Shown: one piece after another, positions 27,880-36,971 of the stretch | Numbering within the stretch: the stretch's first letter is position 1 | How the letters are laid out: every line of letters begins with the position of its first letter | Origin: a virus | Strand: one strand, 5' to 3' | Length of the DNA stretch: 64,000 bases | Virus record (IMG/VR): IMGVR_UViG_3300005253_000262 | Span: 1 to 64,000 of that record | The notes under the pieces: model-generated | The model's input: only the letters and a program-made list of their open reading frames with translations | Told to the model about the DNA's origin: nothing | Database searches by the model: none | Made by a program: the position numbers and the translations under genes

Positions 27880-28286
27880 AATACAGCTCCTAGTAGTAGG
27901 CCAACACCGATAACAACCTTATGCATCACGTTGTCCCAGAAGTGATCCTTACGTTCCTCGTCGAGCTGGTCGCGGTACAACTCGCTAACCTGCTGTTGTA
28001 TCTCGCCCCCTGAGATCGCCGCGTTGTAGGCGTCCTCCATCTTGTTCAGTGCACTGGCATTGAGGTTCGCTTTGTCATAGTTGGCTTCGGAGACTTCCTC
28101 GTACTGCTCGATAGCAGCCCAGCATTCTCCAGTGGCCCAAGGAAGTTCGCACAGGAGTGGAAGCTCCTTGGCGTATACGGGTGCGCTAAAGTCCTGACGC
28201 GCCTCAGCCCAGTTGGGGAGGGGTTCGCGACTACTTGCGCACGCGCTTAGAGTTAAACCTATTAGCAATATCGTCAATAGTTTCAC
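27876..28286 (-). CDS. lipoprotein, putative o-spanin
   Basis: MKLLTILLIGLTLSA-C lipobox; overlaps the upstream i-spanin candidate by 56 nt. Confidence 0.65.
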   Translation of the reverse strand: MKLLTILLIGLTLSACASSREPLPNWAEARQDFSAPVYAKELPLLCELPWATGECWAAIEQYEEVSEANYDKANLNASALNKMEDAYNAAISGGEIQQQVSELYRDQLDEERKDHFWDNVMHKVVIGVGLLLGAVL

Positions 28287-28557
28287 TGTTCTTTCCCATC
28301 AATGCCAGATTGGCTTCCATCCGCTCATGTACTTTGACGGCCTCGTCCTTGTCAAGTTGGGCAGACTCAGCAAGTTTCTTACCCTTATGGATATAGGTAC
28401 TGACTTCGGTATTCTTTAGGCTAACAGCGTGTTTGTCCTTCTTCTTAGCCCGCTTCTGCAAACGGATGACCTTACCACTCTGTAGTGCTAGCACGATAGC
28501 GACAGCCACCATTCCAGCTGTCGCTATCCAAGGGAGTGCTTTGAACTTAGACCACAT
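28231..28557 (-). CDS. putative i-spanin
   Basis: N-terminal TM helix plus helical domain, overlapping the lipoprotein gene. Confidence 0.6.
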   Translation of the reverse strand: MWSKFKALPWIATAGMVAVAIVLALQSGKVIRLQKRAKKKDKHAVSLKNTEVSTYIHKGKKLAESAQLDKDEAVKVHERMEANLALMGKNSETIDDIANRFNSKRVRK

Positions 28558-28735
28558 TCAGCACGTTCTCTTTCTTGAGATATCCCATTACAGCTGACAC
28601 GAGCGCTACGGAGCCCGCGATCAGCGCAGGACGTACTGGCCCTATGAGATTAAACTGCATTACGAGCTCCCACAACACGGTCATACCCATGCCGTAGAGT
28701 GCTGCAGCTGTGATCGTACTCGATGGTTGTTTCAT
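28547..28735 (-). CDS. putative holin (2 TM)
   Basis: 62 aa, two hydrophobic segments, charged C-terminus, aggag SD. Confidence 0.6.
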   Translation of the reverse strand: MKQPSSTITAAALYGMGMTVLWELVMQFNLIGPVRPALIAGSVALVSAVMGYLKKENVLNVV

Positions 28736-28753
28736 GTCGTTCTCCTGTTAAAA

Positions 28754-28849
28754 CTATCTGCCGAGGGCTATAGGTCGCGCATAGCCCTGAGAGCGCCCTT
28801 TACTGGTACACTTACGGTGCGCATGCCACCATACCTTCTCGGCAGATAG
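28754..28849. ncRNA. candidate structured RNA (multi-stem junction) upstream of the holin
   Basis: 10-bp closing stem ctatctgccg/cggcagatag encloses hairpins agggctat/atagccct and tatggtg/caccgta (minus-strand reading). Confidence 0.45.
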
Positions 28850-28888
28850 GCTACCTTGTGCACCCTGATCCTCGTCGCCCTGGTGGAT

Positions 28889-29287
28889 CTATTGGAGGGT
28901 CAGGTCGGTCGGGGGCCTTGGGACAAATCCCAGATCGACCGGGAGGACAGAAAAATTTACTTCGTTCGAGAACCCACTCGTCGAAATATACTGTAGAGAG
29001 TCAACCGTGGACACGCAATAGTAAGTACCAGGGGTTCCTTGAACGACAAAGTCCATATCGTCAATAGAAGGGGGACTCTGAGCCGAAAATGCCTTTGCCT
29101 CTGGATACGGGCCACCTACCGCTGTACCGCAGTGCAATTCGTAGTTTGCGAGATCGCCAGCGGGGATCGCTTCGCCATTCTCGTACAGGGCCGGTTCAGC
29201 CCAACTCCACGTTTTTTCTGGCGCTGCTTGAATAGTCAGTGTCCCCAGCAGGAATACCGCTATTAATAGTTGGAATAGTCTTTTCAT
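28889..29287 (-). CDS. secreted fibronectin-III-like small protein
   Basis: Sec signal (MKRLFQLLIAVFLLGTLTIQA); W..P...G....DLA.Y...G...Y...S.FSNEV...P.PP pattern. Confidence 0.6.
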   Translation of the reverse strand: MKRLFQLLIAVFLLGTLTIQAAPEKTWSWAEPALYENGEAIPAGDLANYELHCGTAVGGPYPEAKAFSAQSPPSIDDMDFVVQGTPGTYYCVSTVDSLQYISTSGFSNEVNFSVLPVDLGFVPRPPTDLTLQ

Positions 29288-29296
29288 GCTTGTCTC

Positions 29297-29740
29297 CTAT
29301 GTCATTCTTTCGAAGTGACCCCAGTCCATAAGCGTCTGGTCTGTAGTTAGCCCGTCCATGTCCCAATCACCACCGTACGTGGCTTCGTGCCCTAGCTGCA
29401 TCGATGCGGCGAGCAAGATGCCACCGATGACAGCGAATGCATGTGTATCGTCCCAGGGAATCCCCATCTTACCTAACTTAGGTACGTAGCACCATGGGCC
29501 ATAATCAACGGCGTCACTTAGGGGCTTACCATCGGGGCCAAGGATGTTGTGTTTGGAGTCAGGCCACTCCTTTGTGGAGTTCCCGTCGAGAAAGGCCTGG
29601 TTCTGAATCTCTTCCCCGCGCCATCCATAGATAATGACAATATCATAGATCTGCCAGCTCAAGGCAAGTTCGAATGTCTCCTGTAGCTCATGATGAGCCG
29701 TTAGAAGCTTGGCCGAACTCGATGTACCATACGCGTACAT
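29297..29740 (-). CDS. endolysin, M15-family L-Ala-D-Glu peptidase
   Basis: G.R...Q, SKH, AVD, GGDWD and DWGHFE zinc-peptidase motifs. Confidence 0.9.
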   Translation of the reverse strand: MYAYGTSSSAKLLTAHHELQETFELALSWQIYDIVIIYGWRGEEIQNQAFLDGNSTKEWPDSKHNILGPDGKPLSDAVDYGPWCYVPKLGKMGIPWDDTHAFAVIGGILLAASMQLGHEATYGGDWDMDGLTTDQTLMDWGHFERMT

Positions 29741-29750
29741 GATACTCTAT

Positions 29751-29779
29751 ATTATCACTCACTTATAGAGGACTTTCAA
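29751..29779 (-). promoter_or_regulatory. sigma70-like promoter for lysis cassette
   Basis: TTGAAA-N17-GATAAT, about 10 nt before the endolysin ATG. Confidence 0.6.
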
Positions 29780-29781
29780 GT

Positions 29782-30111
29782 CTAAGGACCTGTAGGTCCA
29801 GAGAGGTTCAGTACGTCGTATGCGAATTCCGTATGAGCTTCTCCTGCTAGACCCTCGTCTACGCGTACACCGAAGATTTGTAGCTCCTTCACGTTCGCGT
29901 CGTCCTCAATGGTGTTATTGTCCCCTGGAATTACGACGACCATAGTAGCTGCGGGGCTTGGGAGAACGGTCCAACCCACAACCTCGGCATCATTTGTCTT
30001 GTCATCGAGGCGCCATTCGACCGTAGTCGGGATTAATGGATCCCCGTCGAAGTCGGTGAACACCATCGTCATACGTAGTGGGCTTTTTTCATTTACTATT
30101 AACATTGCCAT
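29782..30111 (-). CDS. small beta-sandwich virion accessory protein
   Basis: F.D.DG....PT...W pattern; directly follows the repeat protein. Confidence 0.5.
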   Translation of the reverse strand: MAMLIVNEKSPLRMTMVFTDFDGDPLIPTTVEWRLDDKTNDAEVVGWTVLPSPAATMVVVIPGDNNTIEDDANVKELQIFGVRVDEGLAGEAHTEFAYDVLNLSGPTGP

Positions 30112-30123
30112 GTGTTTAGTCCT

Positions 30124-33100
30124 TTAGTTTATTCGTCCAGCTTTGCCTGTGAATGCTGCCATGATTTTATCGGCTGCAATAGCTATGCCTGCAGCATCGG
30201 CTGTAATATCAATTCCTGGGGCTGCCGCTGTAATATCAATCCCCAAAGTGTCACCTGTGATAGCAATTTGTGCAATTGCGGCTGTGATCGCGATCTCAAT
30301 GTGCTCTTCTTGTGTGGCATTGATCAAGTCCGCTATCTGGGTGAAGATTAATAATGCTGTTGCATCGAGTTTACCGTCACCCCTGAGGTCTGCTGTGGCC
30401 GAGAAAGTTAGTGGTGCTATTGCACTCATTGCCGCAACAGGTTGGAGATCTGCTGTGCCCCCAAATATCATTGCGGGACTGGCTGAGAGTGCCCCAGCAC
30501 CCTCAAGATTCGCCGCGCCAGCAAAGGCCAGTGCGGGGGAAGCAGATATCTGATTTATGCTAGTGAGATCTGCTGCAGCGCCAGATATTAGTGCGGAGGT
30601 AGCGTCAAGCTTGCCATTAGCCTTTAAGTCCGCAGCAGTACTAAATACTAAGGTGGGTCCAGCGTCGAGTCTTCCCACCCCTTCAAGATCGGCTGTGGCA
30701 CTAAATACCATAGCGGCTGTGGCATCTAACTTTCCTCGGCCCCTGAGACCTGCGGCCTGAGTAAAGGTTAAGGCTGCAGCAGCATCTAGCTTACCTATAG
30801 CATCGAGGGCTGCTGCGCCACCGAATACCATGGCCGGTGTTGCTGATATAGCGCCTCCAGTGACATCCCGAAGATCGGCAGCGGCGCTGAATACTAGAGC
30901 AGCTGTAGCATCTAACTTACCTATAGCATCGAGATCCGCAGTGGTTGAGAAGGTCAACGCGGCTGTAGCATCTAGCTCACCCTGAGCATCTAAGTTAGCT
31001 GCAGCTGTGAAGGCTAGTAATGGACTAGCGTCGAGTTTACCCCCAGCTTCCAGATTGGCTGTAGCACTAAATATCAATGCACTAGTAGCGTCTAACTTGC
31101 CCTGTGCATCTAAATTGGCCGTTGCTGTGAATGCTAATATGGATGTAGCATCCAACTTACCTGTTGACGTTAAATCGGCCGCAGCATCGAAGACTAGTAC
31201 GGCAGTCGCAGATATTGGACCTGATCCGTCTTGAAGATCAGCTGCTCCACCAAAGACTAGAGCACTAGTAGCGTCAAGTTTGCCAGCGGCTTCGAGATCC
31301 GCAGCCGCGGAGAAGACTAAGGCTGAGCTAGCAGATATTGGACCTGCCGCGTTCTGGAGATCAGAAGTACCACTAAAGACAAGAGCAGCTGTGGCATCTA
31401 ATTTCCCAGCAGCGTCGAGATTAGCTACACCCGAGAAGACAAGAGTAGCTGTAGCGTCAAGCTTCCCGAGAGCATCAAGGTTCGCAGTGCCCCCAAATAC
31501 CATGGATGCTGTGGCATCTAATTTACCAAGAGCATCAAGGTCCGCCGCGGTAGAGAAGACTAGCGCGGGGGATGCATCTAGTTTACCAGTACCTGTGAGG
31601 TCCGCTGCCGCAGAGAATACTAGGGCAGCAGTAGCATCAATTGCGCCAACTAGTGATCCGTCCTTGAGGTCTGCAGCGGCACTGAAGACCAGAACAGATG
31701 TGGCATCTAGCTTCCCAATGTTTATAAGGTCTGCAGTAGTACTAAAGACTAAGGCGGGTGATGCATCCAGTTTGCCTCGGGATTTGAGGTCTGCAGCAGC
31801 ACTGAATACTAAGGCTGCTGTGGCATCTAACTTACCATCTGCCTTGAGAGCTGCGGTGGCACTAATTACTAGAGCAGGTGTAGCAGTTATTTGTGATGGT
31901 GCTAGAGTGAGATCAGCTGCAGCCGAAAATGCCAGTGCAGCTGTAGCCCCCAGGAGCCCAGTAGCCTTCAGCGCCGCGGTAGCAGCAGAGAAGATTAGGG
32001 ATGCTGCAGCATCTAACTTACCTACGGCTTTGAGATCGGCGGCCCCACCAAATAGTAACGCTGGTGATGCATCAAGTTTACCGGTGGCCTTGAGGTCGGC
32101 CGTCTGGCTGAACACTAGGGCCGCAGTAGCATCGAGCTTCCCCTGCCCAATAAGATCCACTGCGGCACTGAAGGCTAGTGCTGCAGTAGCATCTAACTTA
32201 CCTTGTCCTGTCAGATCTGCGGTGGCGGTAAATGCTAGTGCAGCTGTTGCTGTTATCGCACCAGTGTCCCCAGGGATGAGCACCTTTTCGTTGTACCTCT
32301 GCGTTCCGCCATCGTCATAGACGTAAGCCAGCACGGTATCAGCGCCACGCACGTAAATATTAGCAGATATGAAGTTGACGGTGATGGCATCTATTTCTTC
32401 TGCTGTCGTAGTCCAATTCTCACCATTATCAGTGCTTTTAATGTAATAAAGATCCTGATCCACACCAGAAGAGCCACCGCCGCCATATAGCAAATGAAGA
32501 TCGCCGCTAAGCGCTACAAAAGAGCCCACCCCAACGTTGCCATTAGCATCCACTGCTGCCGCCAAGGTTTCGTTAAAGGAAGTGGAGACTATAATCTCGT
32601 CATTTGCATCTTCTATACACGACACCGTGGACAAAGTAAGACCTGATCCACCCCCCATATAATTAACAGATATGCGTTGCGTGCCGCCATCATCGTAAGT
32701 CGCTAAATTGGGCAAGCAGAGCAAGGCGGAGCCGTTTTGTAAATCTGTATCAAGTGTGCTAAGGGTATTATCAGCGGGGTCCACAGACCGCATTCCCGTA
32801 TCGGTCCATGTTGTCGGGGGATCGGCAGTATTAGTTGTTGACAGCCAAACACAATGCACAAAATCATTCGTGCCTAAAATGCAATTCGGATTTCCGTAAT
32901 GAACATCCCCACCAGCATCTAATGCAACAGGGCCGCCCCAAGTACCGCCTGTTCTTATATTGACATCAACACGCTCTTTAGTGCTGCCCATGACGGTATC
33001 AGTATCACCAGCATAGACAACAACTACATCACCGTCTGAGCGTACTGCTATTGAGATCCAAGGGAAAGTAGGATTATTTCCAGGAACGTCTATTAATTCA

Positions 33101-33423
33101 TTAGCAACAGACCAAGTATCTGCTGACATACTAAATTCTTGATAGTGATAGCGAAGCGTACCAGCAACGCCCGGTTCCAGCGTGGCTATATAAAGAACAT
33201 CACCTTTCTTTGTAACAGATAACGCCTGATAATCACCGACGCTATTGGTTGGATTATTTGTTGCATCCTGTACCGTGAATGAACTTGTTGGATCAGTGGC
33301 CTTATAAACATCAATAGCCAAACCATCAGCAACAACAATATAGAAATTTCCACCACTTGACTTCCAAGATGGCGAATGGCCTTTGATGCCATTGTTACTA
33401 ACAATTGTAGTTGGCAGCGCCAT
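30124..33423 (-). CDS. large fibre-like protein: N-terminal Asp-box beta-propeller-like head plus long 20-aa repeat stalk
   Basis: KSTDNGENW Asp-box; about 30+ copies of GKLDATAALVFSAAADLxAx; C-terminal 9-aa repeats. Confidence 0.75.
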   Translation of the reverse strand: MALPTTIVSNNGIKGHSPSWKSSGGNFYIVVADGLAIDVYKATDPTSSFTVQDATNNPTNSVGDYQALSVTKKGDVLYIATLEPGVAGTLRYHYQEFSMSADTWSVANELIDVPGNNPTFPWISIAVRSDGDVVVVYAGDTDTVMGSTKERVDVNIRTGGTWGGPVALDAGGDVHYGNPNCILGTNDFVHCVWLSTTNTADPPTTWTDTGMRSVDPADNTLSTLDTDLQNGSALLCLPNLATYDDGGTQRISVNYMGGGSGLTLSTVSCIEDANDEIIVSTSFNETLAAAVDANGNVGVGSFVALSGDLHLLYGGGGSSGVDQDLYYIKSTDNGENWTTTAEEIDAITVNFISANIYVRGADTVLAYVYDDGGTQRYNEKVLIPGDTGAITATAALAFTATADLTGQGKLDATAALAFSAAVDLIGQGKLDATAALVFSQTADLKATGKLDASPALLFGGAADLKAVGKLDAAASLIFSAATAALKATGLLGATAALAFSAAADLTLAPSQITATPALVISATAALKADGKLDATAALVFSAAADLKSRGKLDASPALVFSTTADLINIGKLDATSVLVFSAAADLKDGSLVGAIDATAALVFSAAADLTGTGKLDASPALVFSTAADLDALGKLDATASMVFGGTANLDALGKLDATATLVFSGVANLDAAGKLDATAALVFSGTSDLQNAAGPISASSALVFSAAADLEAAGKLDATSALVFGGAADLQDGSGPISATAVLVFDAAADLTSTGKLDATSILAFTATANLDAQGKLDATSALIFSATANLEAGGKLDASPLLAFTAAANLDAQGELDATAALTFSTTADLDAIGKLDATAALVFSAAADLRDVTGGAISATPAMVFGGAAALDAIGKLDAAAALTFTQAAGLRGRGKLDATAAMVFSATADLEGVGRLDAGPTLVFSTAADLKANGKLDATSALISGAAADLTSINQISASPALAFAGAANLEGAGALSASPAMIFGGTADLQPVAAMSAIAPLTFSATADLRGDGKLDATALLIFTQIADLINATQEEHIEIAITAAIAQIAITGDTLGIDITAAAPGIDITADAAGIAIAADKIMAAFTGKAGRIN
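30330..32260 (-). repeat. degenerate ~60-bp coding tandem repeat
   Basis: Recurrent gcatctaacttacc / gcgtcaagctt units encode the 20-aa repeat. Confidence 0.85.
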
Positions 33424-34142
33424 TAGCTTAGATACACCAAGCCGTCTGTCGAGATTACTTCTTTCGTTCCCGGCAGAAGATCAAAAAGGTCTTGATGAGT
33501 GCGGGCGGCTGTGCCTTTGTAAACGAAAATCAATCTCTGCTGGCCGCCAAACCCGTTCATCGAGTTGCGCAGGTTTTCTATATCTGTGTCAGTCCAACTG
33601 TCGTCGATAATATTTTCTGAAATCACCACGCTCGGCCAATTACCACCAAGTGCCTGACGGATTGCCTGCCTCTGCGGTCCACTTGCCGCATCATTGTTTA
33701 AGACAATGACGTTCGATCTTGGTAAACCGTCAGAAGCAAAGGCTAAAATATCAGCACCACGACCAATATCAGGATCAAGGCCAACGGCAGATATTTCTGC
33801 ACGTATTTCCGCTTCCTCGGTATTGCCTTGTTCATCTGCGATATATTGAGAGATATCTATTCCGACTACATTGACGGCGCCAGTTTCAACAATGATTGCA
33901 TCTACGCCCCAACCAAACCCTGCGCCAACTACGCAAACCTCGTCGGTTGAACTGATATTAGGAGCTAGAATGGGGGCTAGAGTCGCCCACATCGATGCCA
34001 AGATAGGCTGCATGAGCAATTTGTGGTAACGAAGTCTTACAGGTGATCGACCCTCTGCGGGAGGCGGGCCACCACCGGGCATACGTCGCTCTACCTGGAA
34101 GCGATAGTTAGCATCATAATCTGCCTTTGTCCATCCAGCCAC
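33423..34142 (-). CDS. class I SAM-dependent methyltransferase-like protein
   Basis: VCVVGAGFGW (motif I-like) followed by VVGIDIS (motif II-like). Confidence 0.55.
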   Translation of the reverse strand: MAGWTKADYDANYRFQVERRMPGGGPPPAEGRSPVRLRYHKLLMQPILASMWATLAPILAPNISSTDEVCVVGAGFGWGVDAIIVETGAVNVVGIDISQYIADEQGNTEEAEIRAEISAVGLDPDIGRGADILAFASDGLPRSNVIVLNNDAASGPQRQAIRQALGGNWPSVVISENIIDDSWTDTDIENLRNSMNGFGGQQRLIFVYKGTAARTHQDLFDLLPGTKEVISTDGLVYLS

Positions 34143-34161
34143 AGCACGCTCCTATCCATCA

Positions 34162-34641
34162 TTACACGTACAGGACTTTATCGTCTGCCTCGGCATCGGT
34201 AAGTCTGGCAAACGTGCTAAACATTCTGCCACGATCGCCAGCCCACCGTTTTGCTTCCTTGGCTGCCTTCCTTAGCCATGCATATAGCAAGATGCCATCA
34301 GAGTAGTGCATCATGTAGTACGCGTCGTTGAAGGTGAGCTTAACGAGGGATCCCTCGAATCCAACATCCCACTTGTCGACATTGGTCATAAGCCCTGATC
34401 GACGGTACTCATGATGGATAGGATTCGTAAAGTTGGTGCGGTCATACGTGTTGAGTTGTTCAAAGAGTCCCGGACGCACACCTTCGTTACGCATGGCAAA
34501 CTTGATCGAGCCCATGAGTCCGACGCAGATCTTGAACGTGGTCTGATAGTACAGCCGAATTCGGTCCGATTCAAACCGCACCTGTACCAAATCCATTCCT
34601 TGCTGCACATTCATCTGCGCCGGCTTGAGGATGACCGTCAT
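34162..34641 (-). CDS. hypothetical protein with internal duplication
   Basis: Two similar halves: V..(G/E)..V...F....(L/M).Y. Confidence 0.55.
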   Translation of the reverse strand: MTVILKPAQMNVQQGMDLVQVRFESDRIRLYYQTTFKICVGLMGSIKFAMRNEGVRPGLFEQLNTYDRTNFTNPIHHEYRRSGLMTNVDKWDVGFEGSLVKLTFNDAYYMMHYSDGILLYAWLRKAAKEAKRWAGDRGRMFSTFARLTDAEADDKVLYV

Positions 34642-34644
34642 GGC

Positions 34645-35082
34645 TTAGTCCAGTGAGATTGCCAATGCTGAGATCGCAAACTCTGGAGTTACACCGTTGT
34701 TGACGACGAGATCCGCATCCAGCGTGGAGAAGATCTGCATTACGCCCGCGAATCCGCCCAGTGATACGTCGGTTTCCGTCTCGGGACCAGTCGAGGAGAG
34801 GCCGAACGAGATAATCGCGTCATTAGTGGCTGAACCCGACGCAACAGTCCATCCCGACACACTACGTACGACGGTCTGGTTGGAATAGCCCGTATAGGCC
34901 GCTACGCCCTGCGTCTGTACCGTTGAGGTATCATCGATGACATTGCCGGTATGTAACGCAACAGTTAGGCTACCTGCTGTTGCGGACGGTAGGAGCCCAC
35001 CGGCGTCGCCCATATTCGGTGCGGCTACGTTCGTGAACATCAGGTCGAGGACGTCGTCTTCCCATAAGTTAGTGGCACTCAT
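34645..35082 (-). CDS. virion structural protein (fibre base/adaptor type)
   Basis: VALHT...AYTGY..Q.V.R...W....G...N...I.F pattern, seen in phage minor structural proteins that precede fibre genes. Confidence 0.65.
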   Translation of the reverse strand: MSATNLWEDDVLDLMFTNVAAPNMGDAGGLLPSATAGSLTVALHTGNVIDDTSTVQTQGVAAYTGYSNQTVVRSVSGWTVASGSATNDAIISFGLSSTGPETETDVSLGGFAGVMQIFSTLDADLVVNNGVTPEFAISALAISLD

Positions 35083-35408
35083 TACAGACCCCCAGCGGCG
35101 CCAAGGCCAGCACCAGTTATACCACGACGTGGTGGTGAGGACATTTCGACAACCTTCGCTGCGATTGCCTGGGCTTCCCGTGCACCTTCAAGCCCTTCAC
35201 CGGTGATGATGGCAATCTCGAGGGCCTCATTAGCATCGCGCAGGACTTGCTTGTTGTCCTTGTAAATCTTGCTTACGCGGGCACGTTCGACTTGAGTGGG
35301 TTGGTTGGCGTAGTATTCGGGGTAATTGTCGAGATCGTTCTCTTTTACCTCGAGTCTGGCAAGCTGCATCTTCTTCTTCGCAGCCTGTACGGCAGGTGAT
35401 GGACTCAT
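35082..35408 (-). CDS. hypothetical protein
   Basis: ggag SD; first gene after the internal promoter. Confidence 0.55.
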   Translation of the reverse strand: MSPSPAVQAAKKKMQLARLEVKENDLDNYPEYYANQPTQVERARVSKIYKDNKQVLRDANEALEIAIITGEGLEGAREAQAIAAKVVEMSSPPRRGITGAGLGAAGGL

Positions 35409-35456
35409 GATGCGTTCTCCATGTGGGAGCGAGTTGAAGTAAACTTCATGTACTAT

Positions 35457-35485
35457 ATTATAACGACTATCTCGATGAAAATCAA
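35457..35485 (-). promoter_or_regulatory. sigma70-like promoter for fibre cassette
   Basis: TTGATT-N17-TATAAT immediately after the portal stop. Confidence 0.7.
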
Positions 35486-36964
35486 CTAGTCCTCTGTTTC
35501 TCCTTCTGAACCCTCAGAACGAGGCACTACGGATTCATCGTCCTCAGTCTCTATAACCTCACTCTCGGGCAGATCTCCTTCAAGCCCTACCATCTCACGT
35601 GCCTCTTCGCGTGAGGTAATCTGCATCGGCTCTTTGTTGCCTGTCTGACGCGAGAGGTTACCGACTGCTCGGGCATGTTGCGCTGAGGTCTGACCTTTCT
35701 CGAGAGGTGAGAGGATGAATGCACTTGGCCATTCCCACTTCACAACACCCTCCGGTAGGAGCTTAGCACTCTGTAGGAGCTCGGTCGTAGGTTTCAGTAC
35801 GAGAGGCTGCGCGAAGAGTACACGACGTTCCGAGATCCTCTCTGCCCAGTTAGCTCTGTCTTGCTCCGACGCTAACTGCCCTGCTTCCGACCCAAGGAGG
35901 ATCCGCCGAGGAATCCCTGTGGTACCGGAGAGCAGTGCCATAAGCATCTCGAAGACTTCCTTCGGTGCGGGTGTCGTTGAATCGAGGACATCGAGTTTAA
36001 CACCCCTTGTGCGGATGAATCGGCGTAGCTGATGCTGATATTCCTCGATTTCATCACTTAGGGCCGCAGCATCCGCGGGGTCGAGCTGCCTATCTGGCTC
36101 TACATCCGCTTGTATCCCGCGGTTCGCTGTGAGCCAGTAGGTCTCTGGCGTGCCCCCGGCAACCTTTAGGAGGTCATCGAGGAGGTTGTACACCTTCTCC
36201 ATGATCGGGATACCAATCACCGTATCCTCCAGTGGGTTCTCTACGATATGCACTACTCGCGACGCATGTACAGTTAAATTGCGTAGACCCGTGACTTTTG
36301 TGGTGCCAGAGGATACAGTCCTAGTATTTGGGTCATCAAACTCGATCTTGTACATCTCCGGCTGCCCAAACTTAGGGCTACCGGGTTCAGCATTGAATTT
36401 GAGCTCCGTAACCTGTCTGCTTCCGATAGCACGCACATACAGGAGCTCCTTGACATCTCTACCCTGGCCAAGAGGCGTTTGGAGGTTCGTGCCGTCGTCA
36501 AAGCCGAAGAGCAGGATGGAGAAGTGGTTTAGGCGGGCTAGACGATCAGCACGATTCATCGTACCCCACAAGTTGTGTTTCTCGACCAACTCCTCCCACT
36601 TAGTCTTGATTGCATCGTTCTCCACGATCGCAGGAGGATTCGCCCATATAGCGTTGGGTGGAGCGTCAATAACCCGACTAGCGATATCCTGACGCACATA
36701 TTTGGCAAGGAAGAGTTCAGCAGTGAGCTGCCTCTCATATCCAAAGACCTTCCACAGATCCCGCTTGCCCCCAAACGACTTACCAGCGAGGTTGGCTAGT
36801 TGCATTCGGCTGATCAAGCCACTCAATACCCGTAATGAAAGTTCTTTGTCGGTATCTATCCCATTGCCCTGTTTCCGGATCCTCACTGAGCGCTCTGAGC
36901 TAGACACTAGAGACGCCTTAACGCCTCTGCCTGTATTAGTTATCGTGACACCTTTGTTCGTCAT
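35486..36964 (-). CDS. portal protein (DUF1073-like)
   Basis: Follows terminase; FGY, IASRVID.P, FGQP..Y, VHASRV and IPRRILLG motifs. Confidence 0.85.
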   Translation of the reverse strand: MTNKGVTITNTGRGVKASLVSSSERSVRIRKQGNGIDTDKELSLRVLSGLISRMQLANLAGKSFGGKRDLWKVFGYERQLTAELFLAKYVRQDIASRVIDAPPNAIWANPPAIVENDAIKTKWEELVEKHNLWGTMNRADRLARLNHFSILLFGFDDGTNLQTPLGQGRDVKELLYVRAIGSRQVTELKFNAEPGSPKFGQPEMYKIEFDDPNTRTVSSGTTKVTGLRNLTVHASRVVHIVENPLEDTVIGIPIMEKVYNLLDDLLKVAGGTPETYWLTANRGIQADVEPDRQLDPADAAALSDEIEEYQHQLRRFIRTRGVKLDVLDSTTPAPKEVFEMLMALLSGTTGIPRRILLGSEAGQLASEQDRANWAERISERRVLFAQPLVLKPTTELLQSAKLLPEGVVKWEWPSAFILSPLEKGQTSAQHARAVGNLSRQTGNKEPMQITSREEAREMVGLEGDLPESEVIETEDDESVVPRSEGSEGETED

Positions 36965-36971
36965 ATTGCTT

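Noticed and set aside
28754-28849. tRNA or hammerhead ribozyme
   Set aside because: No TTCRA T-loop or cloverleaf; ctgagag does not match CUGANGA and there is no GAAA core
30330-32260. Possible CRISPR array or DGR template/variable repeats
   Set aside because: Repeats are in-frame, degenerate at synonymous positions and lack unique spacers; no cas or reverse transcriptase gene is visible
30143-32320. + strand repetitive ORFs (up to 346 aa)
   Set aside because: Antisense reading of the 20-aa repeat fibre
35486-36964. Anti-CBASS Acb1 label sometimes attached to DUF1073 proteins
   Set aside because: Size, position after terL and lack of paired HxT/S motifs indicate a plain portal
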